Positions 7,985-19,200 of a stretch of 54,818 nucleotides of DNA are shown here, one piece after another. This DNA comes from a virus (taxonomy: Duplodnaviria > Caudoviricetes). The notes under the pieces were generated by a model, which did not search any database, was not told the origin of the DNA, and worked only from the letters and a program-made list of their open reading frames with translations. Both the position numbers and the translations under genes were made by a program. The stretch spans positions 1-54,818 of IMG/VR virus record IMGVR_UViG_3300046495_000001. One strand, written 5' to 3'. Position 1 is the stretch's first letter. Each line of letters begins with the position of its first letter.

Positions 7985-8440
7985 ATGAATGATGACGAAG
8001 GTCTTACCAAAGACCAAGCAATGCTGGTAGCGGACGTCGCCGCGCCAGATGTTACGATGGATCGTCTGACCCGTATCTACATCAAGATGCGTGACAAGAT
8101 GACTGCCATGACGAGCGAGTACGAAACCGCGTTCGAGGCTATCAAGGTTCAGCAAGCCGAAGTAGCGTCTGCCATGAAAGACATCATCCGCGCTGCGGGC
8201 GGTACTGGCATGAAGACCGAACATGGCACCGTTTCGCTCAAGACCACTACACGCTACTACGCACAGGACTGGGAAGCTATGGGCAACTTCATTGTTGAAC
8301 ACGCCGCGCCCCAACTGTTGGAGAAGCGTATCGCACAAAAGAATATGTCTGAGTTCCTTGATCAGAACCCCGGCATGGTACCCCCCGGACTCAACACCCT
8401 GTCCGAGATCACTGTTTCCGTAACCAAACCAAGAAAGTAA
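7985..8440 (+). CDS. Conserved phage replication-region protein
   Basis: GGAG SD. YIKMRD coiled coil, KTEHGTV, DW...LLEKRI...PPGLN pattern common in phage replication modules. Confidence 0.7.
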   Translation: MNDDEGLTKDQAMLVADVAAPDVTMDRLTRIYIKMRDKMTAMTSEYETAFEAIKVQQAEVASAMKDIIRAAGGTGMKTEHGTVSLKTTTRYYAQDWEAMGNFIVEHAAPQLLEKRIAQKNMSEFLDQNPGMVPPGLNTLSEITVSVTKPRK

Positions 8441-8444
8441 GAAA

Positions 8445-8789
8445 ATGCGTATTTACACATCGCATGACATGGAAGTCTACGTTAACGCCATCAGCACCGA
8501 AGCTGACGGTAAAGACGTTGAAGGCCATCGTTATGACGTTATCAATGGCAACCAGTTGGGCACTATTCGTTTCCAGCAAGGCACCCAAAAAGAAGCGGGT
8601 CATAACGGCGTTACCAACGAGCAGTTGATCGCTATTCTGATCCATCGCCTTGAGCATTTGAACAAGGCCCCATGGAACTGCCGCGAAAACTCACTGGCAA
8701 TCACCCACCTGCAAGAAGCTGGCTTCTGGCTGGCACACCGTACCGCTAAGCGCCTCGCACGTGGCGTCGAAGGCACCCAAACTGTTTAA
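8445..8789 (+). CDS. Tad1-like (Acb2/Tad1 family) signalling-nucleotide sponge, anti-defence protein
   Basis: H.Y...IRFQQG..KE.G.NGV...LI.IL..RL......P..CREN..AITHLQEA..W...R...R..RGVEGT follows the Tad1 pattern across its length. Confidence 0.75.
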   Translation: MRIYTSHDMEVYVNAISTEADGKDVEGHRYDVINGNQLGTIRFQQGTQKEAGHNGVTNEQLIAILIHRLEHLNKAPWNCRENSLAITHLQEAGFWLAHRTAKRLARGVEGTQTV

Positions 8790-8804
8790 CCCCGAAAGTA
8801 AATC

Positions 8805-9854
8805 ATGAGCAACATTCAAGTATTCAACCCCGGTCAACTCCCCGCCTTCGCCAAGAAAGGCGAAATGTCTGCTGTCGCCAAAGCCCTCATGGGCAACGCG
8901 CTGCAAACTGGCAAGCGTATCTCCATCAAAGGTGGCGTGTTCCGCCTGATCGCTGACGGCAAGGAAGTCGCCGCCGTAGACGAGCGCTATCTGGACGTGG
9001 TGGTGGTCAACGCTGCCCCCAAGGTATCGCGCACCTACTACGAAGGCGACTACGTGGAAGGTGCTGCCGTGCCGCCCACCTGCTGGAGCCAAGATGGCGA
9101 CGTGCCCGACCCTGCGGTCAAAGCCCCTCAGTTCGCCAACTGCGCCAACTGCCCCCAGAACGCCAAAGGCTCGGGCCAAGGCGACACGCGTGCCTGCCGC
9201 TTCAATCAGCGTCTGGCTGTGGTGCTGGCAAACGACATGGAAGGCGATGTGATGCAATTGTCGCTGGCGGCCACTTCTATCTTTGGCAAGGCCGAGGGTG
9301 AGAACCGTCCGCTGCAAGAGCACAGCCGCTGGCTGGTTGCCCAAGGTATTGACCCCACCATGCTAATCACCCGCATGAAGTTCGATACCAAGGCTCCCAA
9401 CCCCAAGTTGTTCTTCAAGCCCATGCGCTGGTTGACTGAGGACGAGTTCGCCATCACCCAAGAGAAGGGCACTTCCAAGGAAGCTATTCAGGCCATCACC
9501 ATGACGGTCGGTCAGCAAGACGGCGTACAGGCTGCGGCCCCGGCTGCGTTCCCCGGTACACCTCCTACCAAGGCGAAGGCCAAGGCTGCCCCGGCACCGG
9601 AAGCGGACGATGAAGACGAAGCCACCGCACCGGCACCTGCGCCCAAAGCGAAGGCCAAGCCTGCACCCCTGCCGCCCGAGGAAGACGAAGAAGCCCCGGC
9701 ACCTGCGCCCAAAGCGAAGGCCAAGCCTGCACCCCTGCCGCCCGAGGAAGATTATGACGAGCCAGCGGTGAAGACGGCACCTGTGAAGGCGAAGGCCACT
9801 GTGGCACCTGCGGCCGGTCTGGCTAAGACCTTGGCGGACTGGGACGACGAGTAA
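8805..9854 (+). CDS. Probable ssDNA-binding protein with Pro/Ala/acidic tail
   Basis: RISIKGGVFR, PTCWS.DG, CANCPQN, RACR, acidic C-terminus WDDE. Located between helicase and primase. Confidence 0.7.
   Translation: MSNIQVFNPGQLPAFAKKGEMSAVAKALMGNALQTGKRISIKGGVFRLIADGKEVAAVDERYLDVVVVNAAPKVSRTYYEGDYVEGAAVPPTCWSQDGDVPDPAVKAPQFANCANCPQNAKGSGQGDTRACRFNQRLAVVLANDMEGDVMQLSLAATSIFGKAEGENRPLQEHSRWLVAQGIDPTMLITRMKFDTKAPNPKLFFKPMRWLTEDEFAITQEKGTSKEAIQAITMTVGQQDGVQAAAPAAFPGTPPTKAKAKAAPAPEADDEDEATAPAPAPKAKAKPAPLPPEEDEEAPAPAPKAKAKPAPLPPEEDYDEPAVKTAPVKAKATVAPAAGLAKTLADWDDE
9630..9751 (+). repeat. 56-bp exact direct repeat, 66-bp period, in the SSB tail
   Basis: ccggcacctgcgcccaaagcgaaggccaagcctgcacccctgccgcccgaggaaga at 9630-9685 and 9696-9751. 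Confidence 0.9.
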
Positions 9855-9862
9855 TTTGAATC

Positions 9863-9920
9863 GGGGGCTACCGAGCGGCAGAAGCGAGTTGGGCGTCATT
9901 GCCCATTCTCGGTAGCCCCC
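9863..9920 (+). other. Structured intergenic element: 13-bp stem with internal hairpin
   Basis: GGGGGCTACCGAG 9863-9875 pairs with CTCGGTAGCCCCC 9908-9920. Inner TGGGC/GCCCA hairpin. No U-tract. Confidence 0.6.
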
Positions 9921-9936
9921 ACCTTAAGGACTCGTT

Positions 9937-10161
9937 ATGGCGTACCACATCAATACACGTCGTCGCATAAAAGCAACACCCAGTTCTCTGGGTGTTTCTC
10001 TTGCACGCTTGTGTCTAAGGAAGTCTATCTCTGTATCAGAAGTAGCAAAGAGGACTGGTGCCTCACGCACCACAGTCTACAGTTGGTTCGCGGGACGCGG
10101 CATAACCAACGCATATAAGCGTACAGTAGAAGACCTTATTCAGACACTGCGCAAAAATTAG
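9937..10161 (+). CDS. Cro/C1-type helix-turn-helix protein
   Basis: SVSEVAKRTGASRTTVYSWFAG, AAGGA SD. Confidence 0.8.
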   Translation: MAYHINTRRRIKATPSSLGVSLARLCLRKSISVSEVAKRTGASRTTVYSWFAGRGITNAYKRTVEDLIQTLRKN

Positions 10162-10173
10162 TTAGGGGCGACC

Positions 10174-13062
10174 ATGGACACCACAGATTTCCTGTCGGCA
10201 GTTTTGCCGACGCAGGGGAAGTATTGCAATTTCATTCAAAAGGACAAGCTCAAAAAGAATATCTTCCTCGACAGTCTGGACAACCTGTATGACACCGCTG
10301 TGAAGCACAGCGATCAGGGCAAGCAGTCGTTCTATGCATTAAGCACCTTCGATGACGCCGGTACACGTGTGGCAGCGCACGCACTGTATGTAAAGTCGAT
10401 ATTTATCGATATGGACTGTGGCGTGGACGCAACTACGGGTAAACCCAAAGCGTTCGCTTCCAAACGTGAAGCCGTAACAGCACTGGTCAAATTCTTGGAC
10501 GACTCCGGGCTGGGCGCGCTGGGCACTCCGTGGCTGGTCGATTCGGGCGGCGGGGTACATGCCTACTGGCCCTACACAGAAGAAGTCCCAGTGGCCCAGT
10601 GGAAGCCCGTGGCCGAGGCATTCAAGCGTGCGGCAGCGGCCCTGCAGTTCAAGATCGACATGACAGTAACGGCGGACGCGGCCCGTGTCCTGCGCAATCC
10701 GGGCACCCTCAACCATAAGTATGATCCCCCTCGCCCCGTTGTGTTAAAGCAACGGGGCGACTTGTTTGAGTTCTCCGATATTGAAGAAGTGCTGGCGGCG
10801 TACAAGATTGCCGTGCGCAAGATCAGTACCGATGTCGCCTTACTGGGGGCACGTCCCAGCTTCGCCGCGCTATCCCCTATTGCCAAAGCTATGGCAGGGA
10901 ACAGCATCACATTGTTCGGCAACATTGCCAAACGCACGGCCAAGGGCACCGGTTGCCAGCAGCTTCAGTACTACTTTGACCACGCGGATGAAGACGGCAT
11001 GGAGCCGATATGGCGTGGGTGGCTGTCGATTGCCAAGCACTGCGATGATGGCGACCGCGCGTGCAAGAAGCTGTCAGCGCTGCACCCCTACGAAGAAGAG
11101 CGCATGTACATGAAGCTCAACGAGATCAAGGGGCCATACCCGTGCACCAAGCTGGAGTCAGAGAACCCCGGTGGCTGCGAGGGCTGCGCCCACAAAGGCA
11201 AGATCACCAACCCACTGGCGCTGGGCCGTCAGGTGGAGACAACCACTGAGTCCGTGATCTACGAAACCCCCGGCGAGACAGAAGACGAACCCAGCGTAGA
11301 GTACGCCCGCCCGACACCCCCGTGGGGCTACAGCTACGGCAAGAATGGTGGGCTGTTCTACAAGAAGGCGGGAAAGCCCGACGAGGAACCGGTTGACGTG
11401 ATGCTCGTCCCCTACGACCTGTTCATGACCAAGCTGGTGCGCGACGAGACTGAGCGCCACGCCGAGTTCAAAGTTATCAAAGGCACCAACGTATTCACGT
11501 TCGCCGTGCCGCTGGAGAAGGCCACCAATGTGGCTGAGTGCACCAAGCTGCTGGCGGCTAACGGGGTAGTTGCATCCGTGCGGGGTTATGACGTGTACCT
11601 CGCGGACTTCGTACGCCAGAGCATCATGTCCGCTACCGTATCCGGTTCTGAGACAGTTGTACCCCCACGCTTCGGTTGGGTGGACGGTGACTTCGCCGTG
11701 GGCGACACGGTGTACAGCCAGCATGGGCAGGCTCATGACTACTCGTTTGTGTCCAACCGTCTGCACAACATCATCGACCTGACCAAGACGGCAGGCACGA
11801 TTGAGAATTGGCGCAAGCCCTTCCAACTCATGCTCAAGAAGAAAATGTGGGGCCACCTCGCCATGGGCGGTATGGGTTTCGCGTCTGTGCTCATGCACTT
11901 CATGCCACCGGGCAGCCGCGCCGTCTGTGCACACGTCTGCGGCACGCATAGTGGTCTGGGCAAGTCCTACGCTCTGGCGCTGGCATCCTCGATCTGGGGT
12001 AGCACCCACAAGTACAACGTACCGGCCACAACGTCGTTGACAACGCTCATGCAGCGTGCCGGTCTGCTTGGTGCCCTGCCGCTGGTGGTGGATGAGATCA
12101 CAGCCAAGCAGCGTGAGTCCGATCGTGAGTTTGTGCCGAATCTGGTGTTCAATTACTCCAACGGCGCACACAAGGTAAAAGGCTCGGCTACGGGCAACAA
12201 CGAAATCATCAACGACCTGTTCTGGGAAGCGCTGATGTTGTTTTCCAGCAACACACCGGCACTCGAAGCCATGATGGGCGCGCGGATCGCCACATCGGAA
12301 GGCGAAGCACGCCGCATGCTGGAGTGGGTCATCCCCAAGCACTTCCGCTTCGAGTGGGCCGACGAGCAAGAGCGTGAAGAGTCCAAGCTGCTTGAAACCA
12401 ACTACGGCATTGCAGGGCGCATGTTCGTCCAGTACTGCGTCATGCATCAGGATGAGATCGCCAAGATATGCAATGAAGCGCTGATCGAGTGGCGCAGGGT
12501 TTCCGGTGCCACCGACGACGAACGCTTCTGGAGTTCCGGTATCGGTGCCAATATCGCAGGCTGGATCATCGCCAGACGCGCTGGCATCATCGACATCCCA
12601 CTGAGCGGCATCATCAACTTCTGGCTGGAAGACGTGATCAGCCCCGCACGCGTCATCATCAGTTCCAATCAGCGCAGCGCGCTCGACATCCTGAACTCCT
12701 ACATCCGCGAGAACAACAACAACTTCGTGACGGTGGAAGGCAGCATCGTCATGCAGAACCTCAACGGCAACAAGTATGCAGTGACCCCCGACAGTCAACG
12801 CCGCATCGTGCGTGGCCGGATCGAGCGCAACATGATCCCCGGCGTGGAAGACATCTACTTGGAAACCAAGATGGTCAAGACCCACTGTGCCAATATGAAC
12901 TTCGGGTTCCAAGCGTTCATGAGCGAACTCGATGCCCACGCACAGGTGCGCGAAGGACGCAAGAATCTGCTGGCGGGAACCAACGGCCCTAACATGCGCG
13001 TGGACTGTGTACGCATCACAAGGACGCTTACCGGTGGCAAGCCAACTAACTCCCTCCCGTGA
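10174..13062 (+). CDS. Primase-helicase (AEP-like N-terminus, DUF927 and P-loop C-terminus)
   Basis: FIDMD, VDSGGGVHAYW, D.ARVLR.PGT.NHK, C-rich GPYPC...C..C.H, FGW, GTHSGLGKS, VVDEIT. Confidence 0.85.
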   Translation: MDTTDFLSAVLPTQGKYCNFIQKDKLKKNIFLDSLDNLYDTAVKHSDQGKQSFYALSTFDDAGTRVAAHALYVKSIFIDMDCGVDATTGKPKAFASKREAVTALVKFLDDSGLGALGTPWLVDSGGGVHAYWPYTEEVPVAQWKPVAEAFKRAAAALQFKIDMTVTADAARVLRNPGTLNHKYDPPRPVVLKQRGDLFEFSDIEEVLAAYKIAVRKISTDVALLGARPSFAALSPIAKAMAGNSITLFGNIAKRTAKGTGCQQLQYYFDHADEDGMEPIWRGWLSIAKHCDDGDRACKKLSALHPYEEERMYMKLNEIKGPYPCTKLESENPGGCEGCAHKGKITNPLALGRQVETTTESVIYETPGETEDEPSVEYARPTPPWGYSYGKNGGLFYKKAGKPDEEPVDVMLVPYDLFMTKLVRDETERHAEFKVIKGTNVFTFAVPLEKATNVAECTKLLAANGVVASVRGYDVYLADFVRQSIMSATVSGSETVVPPRFGWVDGDFAVGDTVYSQHGQAHDYSFVSNRLHNIIDLTKTAGTIENWRKPFQLMLKKKMWGHLAMGGMGFASVLMHFMPPGSRAVCAHVCGTHSGLGKSYALALASSIWGSTHKYNVPATTSLTTLMQRAGLLGALPLVVDEITAKQRESDREFVPNLVFNYSNGAHKVKGSATGNNEIINDLFWEALMLFSSNTPALEAMMGARIATSEGEARRMLEWVIPKHFRFEWADEQEREESKLLETNYGIAGRMFVQYCVMHQDEIAKICNEALIEWRRVSGATDDERFWSSGIGANIAGWIIARRAGIIDIPLSGIINFWLEDVISPARVIISSNQRSALDILNSYIRENNNNFVTVEGSIVMQNLNGNKYAVTPDSQRRIVRGRIERNMIPGVEDIYLETKMVKTHCANMNFGFQAFMSELDAHAQVREGRKNLLAGTNGPNMRVDCVRITRTLTGGKPTNSLP

Positions 13063-13270
13063 CAACTTCCCGTGGCATCGCTGCAAGCCGGGGGACTCGT
13101 TCTTCGTCTTGTCGCTTGACCCCACGCGCACAGCCTTCGTGGGGCTGCAGGCAGGGATCAGGGCACTTGGTAGGCGTACCCCCTTGAGTGCACGCCCCGG
13201 CATCTACCAAGGCTGTCTGGGCGTGCTATTTACGCTGCCTGCTTCGCGTCAACAATCTTCAGGTAGTTAG
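13034..13270 (+). CDS. Small hypothetical protein
   Basis: FPW...KPGDSFFV..LD pattern seen in small phage proteins following primases. The GTG start is uncertain. Confidence 0.55.
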   Translation: MASQLTPSRDNFPWHRCKPGDSFFVLSLDPTRTAFVGLQAGIRALGRRTPLSARPGIYQGCLGVLFTLPASRQQSSGS

Positions 13271-16200
13271 CCGCTGCCGCATCCCGGCGCTTGTACAGTT
13301 CTTCGATCTTCTTCTGCTTGCCCGGCCCGTCCAGCGATTTGTCGAGCTTGATCGCTTCTTCCTGACGCTTCATAAACCCCATCTGGTTTTGGAAGGCTCG
13401 TGCTTGTTGCGGCGTACCGTACTGGGCCAACTGCTCTTTGCGGTAGGCTTCGGCCTGCGGCGCGCGCCCGTCTGTCTTCATGGCCTTGATCGTGGCATCC
13501 GTCAGCATGGCATGGTCTACCCGTGTGTACGCATCGTTGACGTTGCGCGACTCCTTCGGGTTGGGCACAAAGCGCGCCAGCAGGGGGTTATCTTTGGCCG
13601 TACCGGTGGCCGCCTCACCCCCATCGTGCGCAGCGCTCTTCGTCTCGAACAGGTGGTTCGTAACCATACCCACCATGTGGGGTAGCTGCCCGAGGTAGGC
13701 GTTGGAGAGGTAGTCAAGCTGTACCGGCGACAGGTTCACGCCCATGTCCACGAGGTGGCGGCTGAACTCTTTCATCATCTCAGGCGTGTTGCCTGCATAC
13801 TTCTCTGTGGTAGCCAGCTTGTCCATGCGCCGCGACTCGATGGGCGACCCGAAGTAGCTGTTGTAGTTACGCGACACATCCACATAGCCCTTGGCGAACT
13901 GCGGCATGATGCTGCCGTTGCCGGGTAGTTGATTGGAGATAACTGCACGCACATCGGCCCAGTCGTTCTCGTTAAAGTTCTGCTTCAACGCGTGGATGAA
14001 AGCTACCGGCAACGAGTAGAACAGCATACCGGTTTCAAATGGTGCCGGTAGCTGCCCCTCTCCTATCTTGATGTTTGACATCTGCGAGCGCAGCGACAGC
14101 TTGCGCCACTCAGGATCATCGTCCAGCGACGCAGCGTAGGCCAGCGAGAGCGCCGTCATGCCGAGTGCACGCTTGAAGAACTTGTTCTTAGTGTCCAGAA
14201 GCTCGTTCGCAGGCATCTTGCCGGTGGCAGATTTAAGCAGCACGTTCAAGCCCTGCACCTGTGCGTTGAAGAACGGGATCAGCCGCGACAGCACCTGCAT
14301 ACTCTGACTGGAGCCGTGCTTGCTAAAGTTTTGCATCTCCTGCGCATGGATCGCCGCTTCCAACTCAGAGCCGCCTGCCTTGATGACATCACGGTATCCT
14401 TGGATACGCGTAGCCGAGTCCGCACCCATGGCGATGTTGTCCAGCTTGGACATCGCGTTTCGATACCATCCTTGGTTCGAGCCGCCCAAGTGCATCAGCA
14501 TCTTCTTAACGTCGTCAGGCGTTCCGTTGAAAACGTTGCTATGCAGAATGCCCATGGCCTCCATATCGAGCGCTTCGGACGACTTACCCGTCAAATGCTC
14601 GCGCATGTTGTTCATACTCTTCACTACTGACGTGAACGGGTCAGCCTTCAGGTTACCCATGATGGCTGCGTTAACCGGGTCTTTCCACATCTGGCTAACC
14701 AGATAGGTAGGTACACGTGTCACGCCCGAGCGCAGGATGTCACTGGCGTACTTGCCCATGTTCAGCAACGCGGGTGTGGACGAGTACGAGCCTGCCACGG
14801 CTTGGGCTAGCAGATCATTGGGGATGTGCTCTGCAGCCGTGCCCTTGGTGTCGATGACGATATGGCGCTCACCATCATCCTGTGCGTTCTGGGGCTTGTC
14901 GCGGAAGCGGATGGTCGTGCCCCCGCGTGCGGCCCCACCATCACCTTCGCGAATCTGCATTGGCTTGGTCTTGCCGGGAACAGTACTTCCGATGCCCTGC
15001 AGGTGATAAGCGATGTGACGTGCAGTCATGTTCTGCACGCCAAGGTTTGTCAGCATGGTCGTATTGCGGAACATCGACTCTTCAAAGGGCATCAACTTGG
15101 CGTTGCCGCCGTTGAGCGCGTGCAGGAACGGGAGCGTACGCACGTCACCCACGGACATGGACTTGCCGTTCTGCATCACCATCTCAAGCGAGTCGCCTTT
15201 GTTGCGGAACATAGGGATGTAGTTGCGATCCTGCATCATCTTGTCGGCTACAGCGTCAGGAACCGCGTTCGTATCCTTCAGGAATTGAACCAACTCCTTG
15301 TTGTACTCGTGATAGGTATCCTGCGCCTTGTTCATGGCCGCGAGCAACGCTGGATCAGACTGCACTTCCTTGATCGCGGCTTCGCCCCGGCGCTGCATCT
15401 CAGCCGGGTTGTCGTAGTCCAGCGTGTGCCAGCCCACGTCGCGTGCGCGCAGGGCGGTCATGTAACCCTGAAACAAATCCATCTTCTCTTCGGCGGTGCC
15501 TTTACCGGGCAGTTCACCGATACGCTGCACCACCTCTTTGGCGTTGGTCTTGCCATCGGCCTTCATGACGGTCAAGCCTTTGGAGTCCTTCGCCAGCTTG
15601 AACCCACCTTTCGTGAACACCGCCATGGCGTTCTGCATGGCGCGGTCGGCCGTCAGTATGTCGCCCATAACCTGCGTACCGGTGTGGTTGTCACCGATCT
15701 TGGCGGTGTAGCGCAGCGCAGCGCGCGAGTCCACAATTTTCTGCTCAGCCGCCATCAGCAGCTTTTTCCAGCCAGCCGCCTTCACGTCCTGCACAACACT
15801 GCGGTTCTGCGACAAGTCACGCCCAAACTTGGCCGTCTCACTGGTGTACTCTTTCTTTGGACGGAAGATGCTGGGGGCTGCTTCGCCCTTGATCTTGTCC
15901 GAGCGGGTGAGAATCTTGTCCACCATGTCACGGGCCTTACCGCTTGGTGACGTGGGGTAGCCAAACATCTGTCGCACAAAGTTTTTGAAGCGCTCCAGCA
16001 ACGACAGCGGTTTGCCAATGGAATCCAGCTTGGCGCGGAACTCAGGGTTGGTGTACACCTCGGCCACGAACTCACGCGCGGATGTCGTGGCGTGCTCGCC
16101 CTGCAGTGTAGGATTGTTCTTGGTGCTATTCCACATGCCTTCCAGCCCCGCACGCGCCTTGCGTTGCTCAGGGTTCAGCTTGGCCGGGTCAGCCAGCATC

Positions 16201-19200
16201 ACGCCGTCAGTTGCAGCGTGTGCACTTTCGTGCAGCAGTTCTTGCTCGGTCAGCCCTTCGGGGTGGACAGCAACGCGGTTCTCTTCAGGGATATAGACAG
16301 CCACCGCCTTCTCGCCACGCACAGTGAAGCGCTCGACACCCACGTCAGTGCGATCCACAAATGGAGCCAAGCGTGTAGCTGCCTCGCGTGCTTCGGGGTC
16401 AGCGCTGGTACGTGCGATGTCGTGCAGTGCGTCGGGCAGCCGGTTCTCTTTGACCGCAGCGATTGCGTCTTCAGACAACGGTGTGCTGGTACGCTCTGCA
16501 CTGGGCTTGTTGGGCGCAGCGTTGGGGTCTTCGATGCGTGCGGACGTATCCACGTCATGGGCTTGCAGTTCTGCAATGTCAGGTGCGTCACCCTCGGCAA
16601 CATCAACCGCGTGCGACCCCGCTTCTGCCACCTTACCAGCGCGCTTCACGCCCTTGTTCAACAGCTTGTCCAATGGTGCGTACTCAGCGTTGAGCTTGGC
16701 TGTGGCCTTATCAAAACGCTCATTGAAGGCTGTGTGCTTTTCAATGGCTGCGGCGTCTTCGTTCTCGATGGCGGCACGCATCTTTTCGTCGTTGATCTTG
16801 CGTAGTTCAGCGATGTGATCCAGCGCTGCATCGATCTCGCGTGCACGTTTCTCAGCGGACGCGTACACACCATCTTCTTGTGCGGTTTTAGAAGTGACAG
16901 AAGCCTTCTTGCGCTGGACGCTGACCTTACCTTGCCCCACACCAATCTTGCGCGTGACCACGCCCCGGCCACCGGCAACCTGCTTGTCGTTGAGTGCTTC
17001 GGCGGCGGCTTCAGCTTCGGTAGTATCTTTCGCACGCACACGCTTACTCACGTTGTCGTCAGCGTTCGTAGTGAACTTCAGCGGCGCTTTGGACTCATCC
17101 CACTTGCCTGCGTTGGCAACGTCTTTGTTCAGCGGCTCGATGGGGGTGATGTCGTCCTTCTCACTCGTCGGCTCACCACGCTGCGTGACACGGCGTGGGG
17201 CTACATCCTCAAGCTGCTGCAGGTTACGCTCTGAGTTCTCAAGCAGTTTCTCCCACTTGCGCAGTCCTTCGTCAGACTTATCCAGCGACCGCGCATCGGC
17301 CAACCGGTTCTTCATCTTGGCGATAGACACCGCAGGCTTCTTGGCAGCGATAGCGTCCTTGATTGCTTTTTCGGACTTGGCCTCGAAGTCAGGGTCGGCG
17401 CGCATCAGGTTTACCAAATCGAGCTTGGCGCGGATACCTGCGGCTTCACGACTCAACCCGATGCGTATGGCGTCAGTGATGCCGCTGTCGCGCGTGACCA
17501 CCGTGGCGGGTAGTTTGGCGAGGCGCTGCATAGCCTCATCCAAATGCATACGCTCTTCGACGGCAGCGTCCATCTCCGCGTTGCGCTTGGCGATCTCGGC
17601 GGCAGTAGCGACGCGTTGTTCCGACTCAGGCGTCTTCACATCCGGGTGCAGTAGACGATCCAGTGCATCCTCTGCATCAGTCTTGGCTCGTGACAGTATG
17701 CGTCCTTGGATGGTATCTTCTTCGGTAGGACTCTTGCCTTCGTCTACACGTGCTTTGAGTTCCTTGTTGAAGTCACGAATACGCTGGTCGGCCGCATCGA
17801 TACGGCGACGCGCAGCAGGGACTTCTGGACTTTCACCTGTCTCGTGTGCATGGCGTGCGCCTTCGGCAGCATCGGCTTCTTCTTGCAGACGCTCGATGCG
17901 TTTGGCACGCTGCACCTTGCCGTTGGTACTGATAGCTGCAGGCTCGGTTTTGGCCGCATCCAGTTTCGCTTGAGCGGTCTTGGCTGCGCGACGCAGTTTA
18001 ACAGTCTCAGGGTCGGTAGGCAGGTTCTGCAGCGCACGTTTGATTAGGTCTAACTGATCACGCATGGCGACAAACGCTGGAGTTTCCTCGCCCTGCTGCT
18101 CCACAAGAAACGCGTTCATCTCCATAGCGAACTTGTTGTATTCCGCAATCTGTGCACGTATAGCAATAGCATCTTCCGGCGTGTACATCTCGCCTTCGCG
18201 CTGTATGGACGCAGGCTTGCCTGTCTTGGGGTCGATATAGCGTGTGCGCTCTTGGCTAGGTACATCTTTAACGGCCGATTCCAGCGTGTTACGGTGCGCC
18301 AGTGCCTCGTCCAGTGCCTTGCGTGCGGCGTTGACACGCCGTGTACGCGCGCCACGTGCTGCGGGGGTATCGGGTGTCTTGGTTGCCTCGACTGCCGCGA
18401 GTGTCGCACGCTTCTCTTCGATCACCTGCTCCGCTTCGCGCACCGCCGCCATATCACGTGTGACCTCTTGACGCGAAAAAACAGTCATGGGCTTGTCGCT
18501 GAACAACTGTGTCCGCTCTGGATTTGGCAGATGGCTTACCAGCGGTTGCCCGTAAAACGGACGACTCTGTACGAACGCTTCGATGCTGTCTTTCACATCG
18601 CGCAACTTCTCAACCAATGCACTGAACCACGAGGGCTTGGCTTTCTCAGGCGTGAACTCTTCTATCTGCGCGCGTGCTGCATCGACCGCTGCGCGGCCTT
18701 CCTTGACTTCGGGCGAATCGGCAAAGGCCGTAGGCGTTTCCTTCGAGTGGCTGGTAGCCATACGATCTGCTTCACCCTTCAGCGCGTGCTCATCGACCTT
18801 GCTCTTCTCACGCTCCTTCTCCAACTTCTCGTTGTCTTCGGATAACTTGCCCCTTTCCGCTTGGTCGCGCTCTGCGTCACGCAATTCACTTAGGACATAG
18901 GTCTTCTTGTTGATTTCGTCCGCACGCTCTTCGTTCGCTGCCTGCTTGTCTTCGATGCGGCCCTGTTCTTGCTGTGCCACTTGCGGATCGAACAGATTGC
19001 GTTGCTTGGCGGCGTTCTCGTCGCCCGAGCGCACTTCACGTGCCAACGCCAGCGCTTCCTTGACCCGGTTAAGGTCGGCATTAGGCAGGGACACACGCTC
19101 GCCGCCGAACAATGCTTTCTGCCAAGACGTACCCCGCACACGCTCGCCGCCCGTGGGCAAACGACCGGTCAACGCTTCACGGATCAGCGGCTCCACTACA

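Noticed and set aside
11158-13203. 681-aa antisense ORF opposite the primase-helicase
   Set aside because: Codon-bias shadow of a high-GC3 gene, with no motifs or SD. The same applies to 43763-44704, 46296-47261, 48802-50061 and the ORFs opposite the giant gene.
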